A DNA stretch of 17,945 nucleotides from Micavibrio sp. GTDB lineage: Bacteria; Pseudomonadota; Alphaproteobacteria; Micavibrionales; Micavibrionaceae. Below, piece after piece: positions 16,290-17,945 of the stretch (its first letter is position 1; every line of letters starts with the position of its first letter). The stretch is taken from assembly GCA_012960155.1 (NCBI GenBank), contig DUBU01000010.1, positions 8,417-26,361 of the forward strand. The letters run 5' to 3'. Position numbers and translations under genes: made by a program. Under the pieces are notes generated by a model, which was not told the origin of the DNA, did not search any database, and saw only the letters and a program-made list of their open reading frames with translations.

Positions 16290-17678
16290 TTACTGTTTGT
16301 CAGTCGTCTTTTTAGGCGCCTGTTTTTTGACTTCTATTTCAGGGAAGTCTGTGTTGGCTTCAGGACCTTTGCTCTGATGAATGCCAAGCTTGTCCAGAAG
16401 CTTCTTGCCTTCGTCGGATTGCGCCAGACCTTCTAGCATCGCGCTGACATGCGTGCCGCCGCGTGATGAGAATAGGTCCATAACATTGGACATTCCTTCG
16501 ACAGGGTTGCCTGTGTTCGCAATAACTTTCACGTTGGCAGATGTCAGGGCTTTGGCTTGTTCTACGCCAACGATCTGGTTTGCTTCAACGGCTTCGATAG
16601 CCACCAGATAATTCTGGTATCCCTCGTTCTGACCGATTTCGCGGGCAAGGGCGATCTGTGCTTCGACAGGGGCAAGCTGCATAAGCTTTTCTGCTTCGGC
16701 TCTTGCTTCACCTTCGATCTTGATACCTTCGGATTCCTTCTTGGTTTCTTCCAGCTTACCTTCGGCAATAATAACTGTAGTCTGGCGATCTTCGTCCGCT
16801 TTAACAACATTGGCCTCACGGGTGATGTCGGCTTGGCGTACTTGCTCAACCTGAATAACAGCCATTTCTTTTTCTTTGGTGATCTTTTTCTGCTCTTTGA
16901 TTTCCTGCTCGGCGCGCTCGTTTGCGATACCAACAGCCTGAACTTTTTGGGCAGTTGTTTCACCAACAACTTGCTGCGCGCGCTGATCTTGAACGTCACG
17001 TTCACGACGTGCTTCGATTTCGGCGATCTCCGCGCGCTTCATGTTTTCAGCAACTTCGGTGCGGGATTCCATTTCGATCAGGGATTTCTTTTTCTCCATG
17101 ATGTTGTGAACTACGCGGTTATCTTGCGCGTCACGGATATCCATCAGCTCGATGTTTTTAACCGGCACAACACCCCAACTGCCGAGCTGGTCTTGAACGG
17201 CTTCGGTAAACTGCTCGCCGTAAATGCTACGTTCCAGCATGATACGGTCAATATCGTGTGATGCCAGAATTGTACGGACGGCACCCTGAATAATTGATAG
17301 CAGTTGCATTTTCAGTTCGCTGAAGCTTTCCACACGCTGGGCGGCAAGGTTGCTGTCGTTGATACGGAAGAAAGCAACGATATCGACAACGAAGGGCACA
17401 CGGCCAACGTCATAGGCTTCGTAAGCTTGTAGTTCCAGATCGAACACAGATACAGGCAGAACGATTTTGGTTACACCCAGAATAGGGAACCAGTGCGGCC
17501 ATTCATAATATGTGTTTCCGTTCGGTGTATCTTTACCGTATGAGGTCGTGGATTTGGCAGACTGTACGATGTGTACTTCGTTAGTTTCTACAACGCGGCG
17601 GAAGATTAGGGCTGCGACAAGTGTAAGTATAACGACTGCGATAAATGCAAAGCTGATAAATAGTATAGGGTCCATCAT
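16290..17678 (-). CDS. SPFH (band-7) flotillin-family membrane protein with an N-terminal transmembrane helix and a long Glu/Ala/Lys-rich coiled coil.
   Basis: Transmembrane helix ILFISFAFIAVVILTLVAALIF, an SPFH core, then a flotillin-like EA-rich region ...AENMKRAEIAEIEARRERDVQDQRAQ...IKIEGEARAEAEKLMQLAPVEAQIALAREIG... A GGAGAG RBS precedes the ATG at 17678. Confidence 0.85.
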   Translation of the reverse strand: MMDPILFISFAFIAVVILTLVAALIFRRVVETNEVHIVQSAKSTTSYGKDTPNGNTYYEWPHWFPILGVTKIVLPVSVFDLELQAYEAYDVGRVPFVVDIVAFFRINDSNLAAQRVESFSELKMQLLSIIQGAVRTILASHDIDRIMLERSIYGEQFTEAVQDQLGSWGVVPVKNIELMDIRDAQDNRVVHNIMEKKKSLIEMESRTEVAENMKRAEIAEIEARRERDVQDQRAQQVVGETTAQKVQAVGIANERAEQEIKEQKKITKEKEMAVIQVEQVRQADITREANVVKADEDRQTTVIIAEGKLEETKKESEGIKIEGEARAEAEKLMQLAPVEAQIALAREIGQNEGYQNYLVAIEAVEANQIVGVEQAKALTSANVKVIANTGNPVEGMSNVMDLFSSRGGTHVSAMLEGLAQSDEGKKLLDKLGIHQSKGPEANTDFPEIEVKKQAPKKTTDKQ

Positions 17679-17782
17679 TCTCTCCTAATGAAAAGGCCGC
17701 GTGAAATTATTCATAATGTGCAATTAATGCGGGTACTCTAAATCACTAAGTAGAGTGTGGCAATCGTTTTTGCTTTTAGAAG

Positions 17783-17945
17783 AATGATTTACTGATCAGA
17801 GAGATAATCCGAGAAGCGCTCCATTTTGAAATCGAAATAGCCATGCATATCAGGGGCATTGGCGGCAAAGACCGACGCGTAAAGAATGGCTAGACTGCCG
17901 CCGATTAACATAGCTTTCTGTTTGCCAGTTAGTCTGCGCTGCTTA
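17783..17945 (-). CDS. 3' end of an ORF truncated by the window edge, or a ~40-aa small exported peptide.
   Basis: The minus-strand frame reads ...KQKAMLIGGSLAILYASVFAANAPDMHGYFDFKMERFSDYLSDQ* with a TAA at 17783-17785 and is open to the window end. It has a signal-peptide-like hydrophobic stretch. It is not in the ORF track and is weakly supported. Confidence 0.2.

Noticed and set aside
16557-17261. 234-aa plus-strand ORF and the 147-aa minus-strand alternate-frame ORF 16562..17005, both inside the flotillin gene.
   Set aside because: They overlap the SPFH/flotillin ORF, which has a coherent TM-SPFH-coiled-coil architecture. The alternatives are Lys/Arg/Ser low-complexity artefacts of the GAA/GCA-rich coiled-coil coding region.
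16290-17678. Considered annotating this as HflK or HflC.
   Set aside because: It is a single 462-aa protein with a long EA-rich flotillin-type C-terminal coiled coil and no adjacent second SPFH gene. HflK/HflC come as a pair of shorter proteins.

Overview
Most of this 17.9-kb window is coding, and almost all of it is on the minus strand. Gene content and synteny point to an alphaproteobacterium-like chromosome.

The right-hand ~9 kb (9.2-17.7 kb) is a conserved housekeeping block. In transcription order on the minus strand it reads: an SPFH/flotillin-family protein, a 68-aa DUF2065-like membrane protein, the DegP/HtrA periplasmic serine protease, MiaA, then a leader region with an intrinsic-terminator-like hairpin, the acetolactate synthase large subunit (IlvI/IlvB), the small ACT-domain subunit (IlvH/IlvN), an inserted lipoprotein gene, and ketol-acid reductoisomerase (IlvC).

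The left-hand ~8.7 kb looks accessory. It encodes uncharacterised envelope and secreted proteins:
- a signal-peptide-less protein with a peptidoglycan-binding domain and a ~100-aa acidic Pro/Glu linker;
- a DUF481 outer-membrane beta-barrel with an N-terminal domain and a Gln/Ala coiled coil;
- two proteins with paired hydrophobic hairpins;
- a signal-anchored protein;
- an orphan FlgC-like flagellar rod protein with no other flagellar genes nearby;
- a Trp-rich secreted protein, a small cytoplasmic protein and an EamA/DMT permease.

A lipoprotein made of tandem heptad repeats ([LIV][LIV]KxG[EK]x) and a bidirectional intrinsic terminator separate the two halves.

I saw no CRISPR array, no integrase or transposase, and no tRNA or rRNA. 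Many antisense ORFs in the track overlap strong genes and are treated as spurious. Family names rest on motifs I can read in the translations (P-loop, GNSGGP, rod-protein N- and C-terminal motifs). I have no database confirmation.
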